The notes below the pieces were generated by a model. It searched no databases, had not been told where the DNA came from, and saw nothing but the letters and a program-made list of their open reading frames with translations. DNA of 63,524 nt, counting the filler, from Pelomyxa schiedti (Eukaryota > Protista > Evosea), in assembly GCA_020536535.1 (NCBI GenBank). It is 5 parts of 5 records of this genome, joined end to end, with 100 filler letters (N's around TTAATTAATTAA, not from the genome) between each part and the next. Parts side by side here need not be neighbours in the genome. Positions count along the whole stretch, not along the records: positions 1 to 30,368 come from JAHLWZ010000735.1; 4 more parts are not named here. The stretch is one strand, 5' to 3'. The position numbers were made by a program, and so were the translations under genes. The stretch's first letter is position 1; every line of letters starts with the position of its first letter. Shown one piece after another: positions 11,098-24,815 of the stretch.

Positions 11098-11771
11098 TCA
11101 AACTATTCTGGGGATACACTCTGCAGAGTGAGCCTCGCAAGTTCCTTTTTCAGAAACAGTTAGTTGAGTGGAAACTGGGAAAAAAGAGTGATTTGAACAG
11201 ATGTGTACAAACCATGTCCTTCAACATAAATGCACAGTTGGAATGTTCCAGTGTCAGTGAGGGAGCGTGGGATTACACCAACATAGAGAGTATCTCCAGC
11301 GTTCACAGTTGGGCTGAGGCTTGTCCAACTCTTTGAATGTGTTGGAGAATGCCAGTCAACAAATAAAATTACACACCCAATTTATACAGTTATCACAAGC
11401 CTCATTGATATACAGCACAGCACTGGGGAAGTACGCAGTAAGATTCAGGTACAGAGTACCGGCGTCAGCGGTGGTTACTTTGTAATATAGTGTCTAAATA
11501 ACACACACAATCAGCAATAATAAATACGGAAACTACACACGTGGGCGCCACCAACATCACAAGGTCCATCAGTGAGAGGAACTGTAGTCTCGTCTATTCT
11601 TCCAACAACAAGAGACGGCAGCGAACCAATGGTCGATCCACTTGCCTCACATGCCGTTGTTTCCCTCTTCGATGTGGCTTGTTGTCCCACCACAGTGCTA
11701 CTGATAATGATACAGCACCAAATCCAATCCGCCACGCAAGTACTAACTAACTTCACGAAGAGGGGCGTCAT
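11098..11771 (-). CDS. Small secreted-type Cys-containing beta-sandwich protein, paralog B (4 exons)
   Basis: Hydrophobic N-terminus. Spliced reading ...GPCDVGGAH|TLYYKV...|...VNAGDTLYVGV...GTFQLCIYVEGH|GTCEAHSAECIPRIV* is collinear with paralog A. Confidence 0.65.
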
Positions 11772-12072
11772 CGTGCCCAGGTCACATCGTCTTCTAGGAA
11801 ATCAGAGGAATCTCAGCGGTTAGCTGACATTGAACAACACCGGAAAAGTACTTGATGATTGGGGCGAATACCGTGGGTGTAGTGTGAGGTGTTGTGATAC
11901 CGTGAGAGAGATGAATGTATGTGGGTCTGGGGAAAATAAGCCAAGTGGAATGGCGTAGTTTCAGTGGGAGTTTTAAAACATCAAAGCTGGATGAACTATG
12001 TGGTGCGTTACACAGTATCACTGCGGTTTTGCTTGTGCGTATGGAATGCACTAGAACCGGACGTGGTACCCA

Positions 12073-12751
12073 TCAAATAATTCTGGGGATGCACTGTTTG
12101 GATTCAACTTGACATGTGCCTTTTTGAAAAGGGTCAAACCAGAAGAAGTGAGTTGCTCTGCACACCGAATCCTACAACATAAATACACAGCTGGAACGTG
12201 CCATAGTCTATGGCTTTCACTCCTGACACACCAATATAATATGATACTCCACTTGTGACAGTCCAAGACACCGTTGTGTCGGAACTCCCCTACCAACATT
12301 CAGTATTTTCAAACACTATGTAGTACGTACCCAAGTTTTGCAATCAACACTATTCGTGCAGCCGACATCAATGAGCGCCACTGAGGCAGCAAAATCTGCA
12401 ACCACCACTATTCGTAGGTCGCCGCCATCTGACGGGGTGATTTTGTAATATATATACTTACAGAGTTAGAGAATTCCTGGATACAGACCAAGTACATACA
12501 TGGTAGAATGCACCATAATCACATGGGCCACTGGACAGAGGCACAGAGGAATTTATTCTTCCAAAAACTTGTTGGGGCAAAGCACCTAGTACAACTTGGT
12601 GCGCAGCACAGGTTCCCGTGTCCCTCGTCGTCGGAGTTGCAATGACATCATCACCAAAATTCTGTGGGTGAGCAGAAGAGACTGAAGCGCAACTGTAAAA
12701 ACCCAAGGATACTAGCACCAGCACATTCACCACCCATCTAACACCACCCAT
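12073..12751 (-). CDS. Small secreted-type Cys-containing beta-sandwich protein, paralog A (spliced)
   Basis: Signal-peptide-like MGGVRWVVNVLVLVSLGFYSCASVSSA, followed by ...GPCDYGAFYH|...VTSGVSYYIGVSG...YGTFQLCIYVVGF|GTCQVESKQCIPRII*. Confidence 0.7.
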
Positions 12752-12957
12752 TACCTTATTGATTATTTTGTTGTTGGTTCAGTCGATTAGCCGTATCGCC
12801 CTCACCTTGATTTGTTCCGGCAGAACGAAAAACTTAGGACAAGGAAGAATCGAATGTTCCCGGTGATTTTTATGAGAGAGTGATTGCTTCTTGATTTGCG
12901 AGGAAGTACAACATTTTTTGGGGGGGTTCATTAGTGGAATAGCGGTGCCATGATAAG

Positions 12958-15900
12958 TTAGGACTTTGTTACTGTGGGACTTGTAGTTATTGGTGATGGT
13001 GGCAATGTCCTTGGAGGTGTTGGCCTCGTTGCGGGTGGTGATGTTGTTGAAGAGGAAGAGTTGGAGGATATATTGAGGCTGGATAGCTGTGAAGGAGGGG
13101 GCCTTGATGGTGGTGCTGGCGGGTGATTATGGTGCGTACTTGTCCCTTGTAGTGTTGAGCTGCTGTAGCTTCTTGGAGGTGGAACCGGCCGGCCAATGTG
13201 TGGTGTTGGTGACGTGGGTGATGATGGAGGTGTCATTGTGGTTGCTGTTGCTGCTGGTGGGTGTGATGGACTTGGGGGAGTTGGTGTGGATGGTGGCGGT
13301 GGTGTGGGTGTGGGAGTGGAACTTCCGGGAACAGTGGAACTGGGTGTGGAACTTCCGGGTGAAGTTGTTGCGGAACTTTCGGGAATGGTGGAATTGGGTG
13401 TGGAATTTCCAGGTATTGTTGGGGTGGTACTGTGGAGTTGTGGTGATGATTGGGTTGGTGGTGATGCGGAACTTGTAGAAGCCGGTTGGTTCGAGTTGTT
13501 GGTTGGTGTGAGTGTAGTTGTTGCCGGTGATAGTGTGTGGTATGTGCGGGCGGGTGGAAGCGGCGGTACTGGGCGTTGTGGGAGACTGCCGGAATGGGTT
13601 CTGGTAAGGTGTTCTTGGAGAGTGTGCGGGGTTACAAGCGGTGCGCGGGGTTGTGACAGATCGGCGGATGATTGTGTGTGAGTGGGTTTAGGTGGTTTAG
13701 GTGGTGGAGAGTGAGAAGAGGGGCGCGATGACGGTGGTGAGCTTCGTGGTTGTGGCCGTGAGTCCCTCTGGGGTATAAGCGGCTCGGATGTAGTGAGATG
13801 ACTGTGCTGTTGGGACAGTGCGGAGTTGAGAGTTTCCACTAGTGCGGTATTAGCGATTTTTCTGATTGAAGCGGTTGCAGCTGTGTCCGCTGAGGAGCTG
13901 GGAATTGGTGGTTGTGGTCTGGATGGTTTTCGGGGTGGTTCGATGGTAGTTTCTTTCTGGCTCAAAGGAGAGCTGCTCAGTGGTGTGGGTTTTTCAGATT
14001 GGATACTTACTGGTTGAGGGAAAGTCTTGCGATTGATTCTTAAACTGGAGGGACTGCTGGGCTCCGTTTGTTGCTCAGGATGTTTAGGGCTTTGCTCTGG
14101 TGATGTAGATTCAACTAATGGGGGTTCAGTAGCATCTGAGGCAGGGACAATTGGTTTTGCAGGAAGTGATCCCCTTCGGGGAGGTGGAACTGGTGGTGGC
14201 CGCGATGGTCTTTGAGTGGCTGGAAGTGGTACTTCCTCCTGTTGTGGTGCCTCTTGTGATGGCAAAAGTGGAGAGGTATCAATTGTTGATGTTGGGCCAG
14301 CATTGGAAGGTGTTTGCGCCGCTTCGGCGGGAGAAGTGAGATTTGCTAGTGCAGGAGCGGTTGCAGCTGGAGCGGCAACTACCACAGGTTCTTCTGATTC
14401 AGGAGTAGTTGATTTTGGAGCAGACTCTGCAAGATCAAGAGAAGGCAAGTCCTGGTTACTTTCAGAAGCAATAATGTTTGTAATCTTTTCTGAGGTTGAA
14501 GGTGTGAAAGGTGGTTCTGGTGATGATATGACGTCCCACTCAGCAGCTTCCATGGCCAATTTTATCAAGTCCGCAGATTCATCCTTAGATTCGTCCTTTT
14601 TCGGAATAAGAGTGCTGTATAAAAGACGAAAAGAATCGGATTACCTGCTGGACGGGAGTACTTTCGTTCAGAGGTTCATCAGTAGGAGTGTTCAATGTAC
14701 CATCACTGTGCTCACTGTCTACTTCATTCGGTATCTCCGGCAGCGGCCTACAGAAATGAGCAAAAGATTATGGAAGGGCGAGTGTACTCCGATTTTAGTG
14801 GTGCATTTGAATTCTTCCTCTTTGTCTGGTCTAGTTAGGAAAAGAAAAAAAAATGGCCACGAACCTTAACAAAAGCGGGTGGTGCTGGGTTGCTCTCTTT
14901 CTGTTTTCTGGTTATAGGTGAATGAAACAAAAATATTAAAGTGTATCTACAAGAAGGCTTGCAACCACTGCTTTTTCTGGAAGGCATCACTGCAACAAAG
15001 CAGATAATTGGAGTTCGCTTTATTAGATCTGAAAAAAGAAGACGCCATCTTATCATAGCGCTGCAGACGAATCGCATGTGAATAAACTAAAAATATTTGT
15101 CATGGACCTCTATTGCAAAAAGAATACCTTTGGTATCAGGGGCATCCTCAATTTCAATTTGAACTAAGGGGACAAGTCCACATAATTTTAATTTCCCACC
15201 TACCACTTCCTTACAGTAGAGAAACTTGGAGCAGTAAGAAAATAAGAAAGCTAAATAATCGCGTACCACATCGGAAAAAAGGTAACACTTCCGTTGTTGA
15301 GGTTTATTGTGAGAAATCTTTGTCAGCATGCCTTCCATGACATACTTTCGCCCGGGATGAACAATGTTAAATTGCTGCCGGTACGTTGTTAGGTCAGTAA
15401 CTGGAACTTTAAGAAATACCTTTCCTCCTATGATCAAATCAGTCAAGGAAAGCATTTTTTTGAGATTGTCAGAATGCGATTTGTTGCTATTTATTGCATC
15501 AATTGTCTTCTGCATTGCAACAAGAGCTTTCGAAAGGTTGCTGTAATCAGGTGACTCCGGTTTTGTATACTTGATAAGTTCCTTAAATCAATATTAATGA
15601 GAAAAAGAGGAAGAAAATGGAAGAAAAGATACTCGAAGTAATAGGGGATATTTCAGTAGTCTCTGAAAGGGTTTGGCAATGAAATCTTGTAACCCAAGCC
15701 TTTGTCCGCTCGCCTCGCGGCATTTCTGAATGACCGGGTTTGTGTGGTATTTTTTTGGGGGCAACAGTAATTGATACATTCATTAAAGTCGCAAAATGGG
15801 AATTAGTTTCAGCAAAGCTGGTAAGTTTTTCCATCGTCTCCTCCTGTTGATTGCAGAACACAGCATAGAAGTCCCACTCGTTTGCCTATTTCAAATTAAT

Positions 15901-17553
15901 GCTTATAGTGATCAAGTAGATGGAAGTCTACCGCTTTCAAAAACACCTCCCCAATGACCTGCTCTGACTTAGTTTGTATTAGGGCCTCAAATAGTTTGGA
16001 GTTCAGCTCATAAATCCGTTCAATAGTGGCAAATTGCACATTTAGTACCTGTTTAAAATAAGAAGGATTGGACTTATTTTGGGGAGATTACCATGAAAGA
16101 AGCTTGGAAGAAGTGCTCAAATTCTTGTCGAATGGGTTTTATGAAACTAGTATACATTTAGCAAATGGAAAAACCAGCGGAACTGTGGTACTATGTTATG
16201 CAGGTTTTCAGATCTTCCAAGTACTGCAGCAGTTTGAGATTCTAACAGTAAGATAAAAGATAAACCTTAGTTTCGGTAGTGAGAATTTCCTCAACTACAA
16301 GGGCTCTCAGTTTAGTGATCTTCTGTTCCTCTGATAAGACGGCAGGGTTGGTATTTTTGATTTGCTTCATTATCTGACGGAAGTTGGCATTGTACCGCTT
16401 TCCTAAGTTGTAGAATTAATGGAAACTGAAGGAGTATGTTTCCAATAATACCTGATGCATCATCCTCAGGTTTGGGCCGCGCAGTAACAAACGACCCACT
16501 GGAGGTCCTTGCACGCGACATTGATGCTAGTGCATCCACTGGGCTTCCATGTGAACTTTGAACCTCATTTTTCTGGATCAAAGGAGAGGCACTGTTTTCT
16601 GCAGTATTCTCATGCGAGGAAGATTTTGTTGGTGATGCACAGGAGTCTGGTGTAGTGCATTCCTTTGCCGTGTCAAGTTGGAAGCTGGTGGAGGGTTTGG
16701 CTTCCTCAGCTATTGACTCGCCATGTTCTTGCTTAATGTTACTACTATTTACTGGTGGTATCTGCGCAGCAGTCTCCTGCTGCGAGTGTGTTTTACCCTG
16801 TTATATAATACTTGTTAGTCCGGCACTATATTAGATAACTAATTAATTGAATTTTCATCTCTATAACAGCATAATAAGTGGCATACTCACATCAACTAAA
16901 GGACCATTAGTCTGATCAGCATGATTCGAATTTGCAACTGCACCCACCGCGTCACCACTTTTCCCTGGACTTGCTTTTGGTTCTATTATTGGTGTCGTGT
17001 CCGATAACGATTGGAGCGTATTGTCACACTGAAGTTGTTGATGTGGCAAAGATATTGATTGTGAGGAAGAGGATGAAGGAGACGACTGAGTTATTTGACT
17101 ATTCTCATCGTCATTTTCGCTGCCGCTTTCACTGTTGCTTTCCTGATTAAAGGTTTTTTGCCCTTGCTCTTGCTCTTGTTCCTCCATTTCGTTTTGTGTG
17201 ATGTCGTCGATTTCACGTATTACTGAAACGTCGTAGGCGCGTTTCGTCGTGGTATTTTTCTCTGGCGAACCGCACCCGTCTCCACAGCTCTCGGGTATAG
17301 CGCTATTTGTACAAGACGACGGCGGCGTAGGGGCAATTGTGGGAGTGCTGGGGGTTGGGGTGAGGGTGGGGTGCACGTCGTCGAACTGGGACATCAACTC
17401 GGCTAGTAGCTGGTTCTGGGTGTCCGGGTCGATCGGCTCGTCAGAGTCGGAGCCTGACATCCCATTATCGTCGTCGTAGTGGCTGTTGCTGTAGGGGGAA
17501 GTAGTGCCCAGCTGTTTGTTGCTGGTAGTGGTGCGTCTGGCACTCATCATCAT
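12958..17553 (-). CDS. Dbl-family RhoGEF (DH-PH) with long Pro/Ser-rich C-terminus, multi-exon
   Basis: DH motifs LRALVVEEILTTETK|YLEDL, IGEVFL, LGLQDFIAKPFQRLLKYPLLLR|ELIKYT..DYSNL. PH motifs GRKYVMEGMLTKIS, RKCYLFSD, KLKLCG. GT-AG introns; probable start MMMSARR at 17553. Confidence 0.85.
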
Positions 17554-17916
17554 AATTATGGGTTGTTGGTGCTGTGGTTGGTACTTGTTGACAGAACGAC
17601 GATTTAAGGGTTGATTTTTTTTCTTTTCTTTTGTTTGGAGCAGCACGGTCGCCCGGGCCGATTTTTTTTTTCTTTTTCGTAGTTCGATTCTCTTTTTTAT
17701 TTCCCGATTGTTTCATCGTGATGGTTAGCCGAAAGTTGGTTGTTGATCTCAACAGTGGCGAAAAAGTTGTTGGGCACAAGCAGTGAACAAAGAAAGAGAA
17801 CAACAAAAATGACTGCCATTGTATAATTAAAATGAAATTACAGACCTCACCCTTTGTTCGTTTGGGCGTTGGGTGAAGTACCAATATAGTGACCGTAATT
17901 ACTTTTGAATAACCCT

Positions 17917-20900
17917 CTATGTGAGGAACGGGTTATCTGTTGAAGGGTCGTTAGTTGAGTGAGAGTTGTCCAGGGTGGTTGCTTACCGGAATCATCTAGT
18001 GTTTGTATCTGTGCCCCGGTAGTTGTTGTTGTCAGTGTTGCTGGTTTGTTGTTGTTAAAAAACGGGTCCGCTGGAATCGAAGAACCGGAGGTCTGCTTAG
18101 AAATTAGATATAGAGCAGGAACTCTGGGGCTTTGTAATTTAATAATTATATTATAATTATAGCTGTTAACTATAAGTTATATGTGATTGAATTTGAATTC
18201 GATAAACTAACCTGAAGCGGAGAAAATGCGCCGTCATCAAATGGCTCGGAACAACTGAAGGGTGCTTTTAGGGTTGATGATGGCGTCGTGATTTTTGGTA
18301 GGGTTAATTTGGTTGTGACCGCCTTTGGAGGGACAAATTTCGTAGTTCTTGTTGTCTTGTCACGCAGGTTTACGGTTAGAATTCTCCTCTCTTTTCCGGT
18401 ATTAGGCAAAAATGGCATGTTCGAGTAATTACCTTGCTTTAAAAGTTCTAATGACTCAAGAGCATATTGTGATGGCTTGAATAAAGGTCTGTCACTCGAA
18501 ATATTAGCAGTGCCACTATGCGGAGAGGGGGCAGGCGCATTTTTCCGCAGATTTTGCCTCGTTTCAAGAAACATTAAGGATGACTGTGTTCGTGCAAGCC
18601 ACTGGCCGAGGTCTTCTTTTGCAGGAGGAACCTAGATTTTGTGAGTTCACTACCAGACAACAGTGTTATCTATACCTTATTTGGAGGTGAAGCGGGAGTG
18701 GCTGAAGCAGTGGAAGTAGTAGTGACAGCAGCTGTGGAAGTTGCGGAAGCGAGAGGTGTTATTGGTGCTTCAACAACTGGTTTAGGTGGTTCAGATACAA
18801 CCGGAGCAATGGTTACGCTGGGCGTTGTATCAGGTGCCATGACGGAACGGCTGGGTGTTGGCAAAGTTGGTAACGGCTTCTTTTCCGTTGAAGCAATGGG
18901 CTGTATGTAACTTGGTTCAGTTTTTGCAACCGGAATTACTGCTTCAGGTATAGCCTTGGTCTCTATTGCGGCGAGATTCTGTTCCTGTTTTTGCTGTACT
19001 TCCTTGATTGGCTCCGCGGGTATGGGAGTTATTGTAGTTTCCACTTTGAGGGTGCCTATATCTTGAGTGACAGGGACAGCAGGAATACTAAAGGGATCTA
19101 ATGTTGACTCAGAGAAGGGATCGTCGGCGGTTTCCCCTTCGTCAACACTGAAGGGATCTCCAGCATCGGCAGTAGCAAATGGATTATCATCCTCCGGCGT
19201 GTTGAAAGGGTCATCTGATAGGAATGGATCATTTTCCATAGCAAAAGGATCCTCAGGAGTGGCTGTAGGTTGCACAACAAAAAGAGGAGTTCCTGGAGGA
19301 GGCCATGCCGATTGTATCTCCTGCTTCGCATTGGCCTGTTCATCTGGTGGTTGTTGCTTTGGAGGTGGTTGTGGAACCTGTTTATTCAACAGTTGATGTT
19401 GCTGTTGATGAGCTGTTGGCCTTGGTGCTCTGGTCCATGTTGAAGATGGAGGAGTGGATTGCCTCTCCTTTAAGAATTTCTGTTGTTGTGGGCGAAGGAG
19501 CAGGGAAGACCGTTGAACTGGCTGTGGTAGCGGCCGGGCCATAGGAGAATGGCGCGCAACTGGTTGATTTGGTGTTTGGGGACTAGTGGGGGTTGCAGTT
19601 GAGGAAACAGGGGTGGGAAGTGGGGATGTAGGTGTAGCAGAAGGTGTTTCTACCTGTGATGTGGAAGGAGGATTGTTAACTTCTTTTTCTGGTGTTACTA
19701 CTGTGGGAGTAGGCTCTGGAGCAGCAGCAGGCACTGTTGTTTGTTGTTCTGTATCTGGATGTTCCTTAGCCTTTGTTTTGCGTACTGGCTTTTCCATTGC
19801 TGGAACTGCGGGTTTTTCGAAGATGGAAACAAGCGCTTTTATTTGCTTGGACGTTGTGGTGGCTGTTGTCTCCTTATCTTGTGGAACTTGAGAACTTGTT
19901 TCTGCTGGGGAATTCGGCTGAGAATCCACTGGCTTTTTGACTTCTGGTGAGGTCACTACTAAGGGTTCTGCCGCAACCCAAGAAGTGACTGAAGGAACTT
20001 GTGCTAACTCAGGGGGTGTTGTGGCGACCGCTTTTACGGACAAGTCAGCAGAAGGAACCGGCGGGATGAGAACTGGCTGTATGACGGTTGTGGGGGCTGC
20101 TTCTGGCCGAGGCTCAGCAGGTTTTTCGGCTTGTGGAGTAGGAGTTGTTTCCTCCACTTTAATTGTGTTACTGGCTGTGACACTTGGCGGAGCTGAAACT
20201 TCAGGTTGGTGTGGGACCTCTGTGTGTGCATTTGACACAGGACAACTCGAATTTGTAAGGGGCTGAGGTGGTGCTAAATCTGGTACTGTCGGTAATGAGG
20301 TTAAAACAGAGACTGGTGGAACGACTGGGGCCGGGACTGTAGTAATTTGAATTGCCACTGTAGTTGTTCCTGTGGATGGGCAATTGGGCAAGTCGGCTTG
20401 AAGAGGAGGTTGTTTGGGAGGTTCCTTTTCCGGAGTTTGGAGAGGAGACTGCTTGGGAGTTTCTTTTTCCTGAGTTGGGATAGGTTGGGTGGTACTAGTC
20501 GTGTGATCGGGTGTTTTACAAGGTGGAGGAGGTGGTTTATGCGAAGAAGGTGGGGGTGGTGGCTTATGTGAAGAAATCGCAGGAGGCGGTGGCTTTTGCG
20601 TGGAAGGAGGAGGTGGCGGCGGTTTGACAGCTGGCGGGGGTGGGAGTCTAGAAACTGGTGGTGAAGGTGTTGCTTTAGGTTCTGGTTTTGGAGGTAAAGG
20701 TGGGGCATCTTCCGGCATAGGCTGTTGCGGAGAACTGGTTACTGCAGACTGCTGGGTAACTGGGATTACAGCTTGCTCTGGGGCTGATGCAGGTGCAGTT
20801 AAGGTGGTAGGTGGTGTAGGAAGAAGTGCTATTGGTTCTGTAATCTGCTTCGGAGGTACGACGGAGTCCTCTTTGGATGGCTGCAGCGGTTTTGTAGCTT

Positions 20901-23900
20901 CCACTGGTGCATTTGGTTTTTCTGGCTCAGGCAGATTAACTTTTATAGGCGGCACTTCAGTTACAGGGAGACTTGTGTTGGGTTTCCCATTTAGAGACAC
21001 TGCAGTTGCCTCTGTTTCTTGTTTTGGAAGAGATGGGATTTCACTTGGTAGGCTGGGTTTTGGAGGCTCTGAAGGTGGTGGAGAACCACAGCCCTCAGGC
21101 TTGGGAGCATGTTGTTTTGGTGGAGGGGGGAGATTTATGGTTTGAGGAGAAGCTGTGACTGGACTAGATGGAGGAGGTGGTGGCAGATCAAATTTAGCAG
21201 GATGCGTTGGCGAAGGAACTACTGCCGCCACCTGAGGAGCGGTGTTGTTCACTGGAGGTGGAGGAGGTTTGCCATGTGTAGGAGGAGGAGGGGGAGGTCT
21301 TGTGTGTGATGGAGGTGGAGGTGGTGCCACCCTTGAATGTTGGTGTTTTGAAGCGGGAGATGACACCCTCCCTGGTGTGTCTGGAGATACTGAACGAGAT
21401 GCAGCCGGTGATTGTGAAATTGCTGTAGCTGGCTGCGCAACTGTTGGAACTTGTGCGGGTTGAGTGTCAGCTACTGGTGGTAGTTTTGCTGTAGGTTCTG
21501 GACCGGCTGCTGGTTGATTTGTTGTTGGTGTGGAGGTGGGCACTTGGGGTGCATTCGGTTTTGGTTGTACCTCATTAGTTGGTGTTGGTGGGGGTGTTTC
21601 GATTTTGGGGCTTTCTGCTGGGCTTGTTGCTGGTTTTAATGGAAGTGCCGGCGAAGTTGTTGTATCTTGTGATGGTAGTCCTGTGCTTGGACTAGGGGGA
21701 TTCGAGCTGACAGGAGTCTGTTCTTTAGGAATTGACGGGGAAGTTGTTGCTGGTCCTTTTTGGTTCGGTTGGGGAACTTTGGGTGCTTTGTTGTGTGGCA
21801 GAGGGGGAGCAGTATGTTGCTTGCCCGGTGGAGGAGGTCTCTGCTGTGGAGGTGGCGGCAGTGAACGGCCGGTTGTAGTTTTGGGAGCTGCTGGCTTAGG
21901 CTGTTGACTTGCTTTTTGTTCTGTGGTTGGAGCTTCAGAAGGGGATTTTGTTTGGGCAGGGGCAGCAGCGGCTCGCAATTCCTCAACTTGATTGGAATTC
22001 AGCTGGTACCGGGTTGGGCCAAGGGCAAATTTACGATTCATAAGTTTTTGGGAATTTTGTGGTGGTGCCTTATTGTCTGTTTTGGCAATAGAGGGGTCTG
22101 TCTTGGCCACTGGGGGAGATTCTGTTTGTGATATGGGCTGACTCGTGGAGGGTTGGGGTTTAGAAATATCTTCCTTTTGGACTGTTGGAATTGTTGCTGT
22201 TGCTGCTGAAGTAGGTGTAGCTGGTGTGGTTGCTGACTGTGATGATGGTTTTGGCACTTGAGTATTCTCGGTGTTTGGGCTGGTCAAAGTGGTAGTCTCG
22301 GGTTTGGAAATCCCAGAGGGACTAGGAGTAACAGTTGCAGCATTCGCGCTGTCAGCATTAGAACTTGTGGAAGCACTTATACCAGAGTTCACCTCACTTT
22401 TCTCGGAGGTTGGTTTGCTGGAACTGGGGCTGCTTGTAACATTCTGTGTTATATCGACTTTTGGCTTGTTACTTGGCTCTGCACCAGAAGAAAGTTTTCT
22501 GCTTGGAATTTCTACTGAAGTTTCTTTAACAGGTGCATCCGCAGTTGGTTTTATTGCCGGACTTTTTTCAGGTGACTTTTCAGGTACTACTGATTTCTCA
22601 GGTACAACTTTGTCCGTAGAAAGAACTCCCTTCTCTGGTACGACTTTATTTGCTGTTGTTTGGTTGTTGCTACTAGAAGGTTCAACTTTCGGTCTAGGCT
22701 GTTCAGCTGGAACTTTTTCAACAGTAGCGGCCTTTTCCAATTGTTGCTGGTCAGGCTGCTTATTTGGCGTCGGACTTTTACTTATAGCGGGACTTGGATC
22801 AGCAGAAGGAGCCTGATTGGAAGGAGATTTGTTTGTGGCTTGCTTCTCAGGTTCTGCGGAACTGGGAGTTGTTGCAGTGGGAGTGGCTGTCTGTGAAGTT
22901 TTCGGTGTACCTGGTTGCGGTGTAGGAGACACTGCAGCTACTGAAGGTGATGCAGTCTTTCTAAGAGGTGTTACTTGTTTTTGCACACCAGGTCCGGGTT
23001 GTGCATTTGGCCTCCCTGTGGGGGTTGTTGTTGTAGAAGCTGCTGCACCAGGCCCTTGTTTGATGGGCTGTTTTGCTGCACCTCTTGGAGGAAGAGAAGG
23101 GGGAGTACGCCCATCCCTTGATGGAATTGCCGGAGCATGTGCCGTTGATTTAGGAGGAGTCAATGCGGCTTTATCGCGGAGGGATGGAGTGGTTGTTGCT
23201 GTTGGTTCTTGTTCCTTTGGGCGAGGAGGAGTTGCTTGAACGCGTCTCAATTGAGGCAGTGCAATCACTGCTTCCCGCGGGGCTGCCGGCCGCGGTTGTT
23301 GGGTTCCAACTTTCCTGAGAACTGGGAATTGGGAAGGGTCGATACCCATAGAGGGTTGCTTTCCCGATTTCTTAATGACCAGTGGTTTTCTTTCTTTTGG
23401 AGGGGGTGGTGGAGGCGGGGGTGGAGGAGGAGGTGGTGGAAGGGCCGCGGGTTCAGCTGGTTTTTCTGCAGGCACTTCAGTTGGCGGTGCTTTCTCCTCA
23501 ACTTTTTCTGTATTTGATGCCTTTTCTTCAGGTGTTGCACCAACAGATTTTTCCTCGATTGTGGTTTCACTGGTGGCACCACTAGAAGTGGTTGTAGGTG
23601 GTTTGGCTGATTGCAATTCCGCTGACTTATCTGCAGGTGCTCCTGCATCATCTTTGCTTACAGGAGGCTTTTCCGATTGAATCACGGGTGTGGTTGAAGC
23701 AGTCTCCTTACTATCTACAGCAGAACCCCCATCCTTGGGAGCTGTTCCAGCTCTTGGTTCCGTAGTAGCAGCGGAATTGGTTTCTGATGTAGAACTACCA
23801 CTTGCACTTGGAGCAGTGGTAGAGCCGGTCTTATTTTTATCTGATGCATTTTCAGCATCTGATGCTGGCTTGGCTGTTGAGCCCTCCGCAGATGAAGTAG

Positions 23901-24369
23901 CTTGTACTTGTACTTGTGTTTGTGGTGGAGTATCCTTGTTAGAGATACTTTCCACCACAGTGCCATTTGTTGTTGTGTTTGTTGAGACAGCTGCACCTGA
24001 TGATGATGATGATGGTACAACATGTGCTGGAGTTGGTGTTATTGTTGGTGTTGATGATGGAACTTCTTGACTTGGCTGTGTCTGCTGTTGCGCAGGCGAT
24101 GGAACAGGGGGAGCAGGAGGGAGTGGCGGTTCGTCGTCAGGCACAGGTACTGGTGGGGCCTGCTCCTCGTCGGTTTTAACAGCGCCATCAGCTGTGACTG
24201 TTGGTGATTGTGTTGTTGATTGTGTTGGTTCTTGTGAGTTAGAATTAGGCGGGGGTGGTGGGGGTGGGGGCAAGTCTAGGACTTCCTCGTTGTCATCTCC
24301 ATCGTGATGTTGTTTGTTTGTTGTAACAACGTCGCTCTGGTTGTTCGGTTGGTGCCATATTAATGAAAG
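17917..24369 (-). CDS. Very large Pro-rich scaffold with WH2-like LRKV/LRRV motifs and DPF/NPF motifs (5' end uncertain)
   Basis: 1867-aa exon ORF 18670..24273 plus three downstream exons ending ...DDSDNPFLT* (TAG at 17917-17919). Contains poly-Pro tracts and a DPF cluster. Confidence 0.75.
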
Positions 24370-24815
24370 CTATTCCATAACATAGCTATATAATTTCGCA
24401 ATAAGTTTACATAACCCAAGAAAAAAAAAATAATTCGCCGTGTCAGCTGTTGGGTCTGTATTGGTTTTTATCAAACAAAAATTACTGTAGTACCATGATG
24501 ACTTTTTTTCGTCGTTGGCCGTGTCTCAACGACGCTTTGTTTTTCCCCTTGTTTAGTCGCCGAAAGTTTTGATCAAATCGGCGTCTATGAAAATAAAATA
24601 GAAATAGAAGGCATAGGGAAAAAATAAAAGTTTTGTCTTTTATTTCACAACAAGGGCGGGTGTTTACAGCACTGTGTGCCACCTTTTTTATGTTGGTGTT
24701 GCCGCGGTTGTTGTGTTTTGTGGTGGTGTTAGTAGTGGATAGTGCGGTGCTATTTGGGTTCACTAAGCGGTCCTACCGGGGGTACGGCGTGTTCAATTTA
24801 AGGTCTCTTTCCCTC

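Noticed and set aside
13089-24179. Many plus-strand Gly/Val-rich ORFs
   Set aside because: Antisense shadows of Pro/Thr-rich minus-strand exons.
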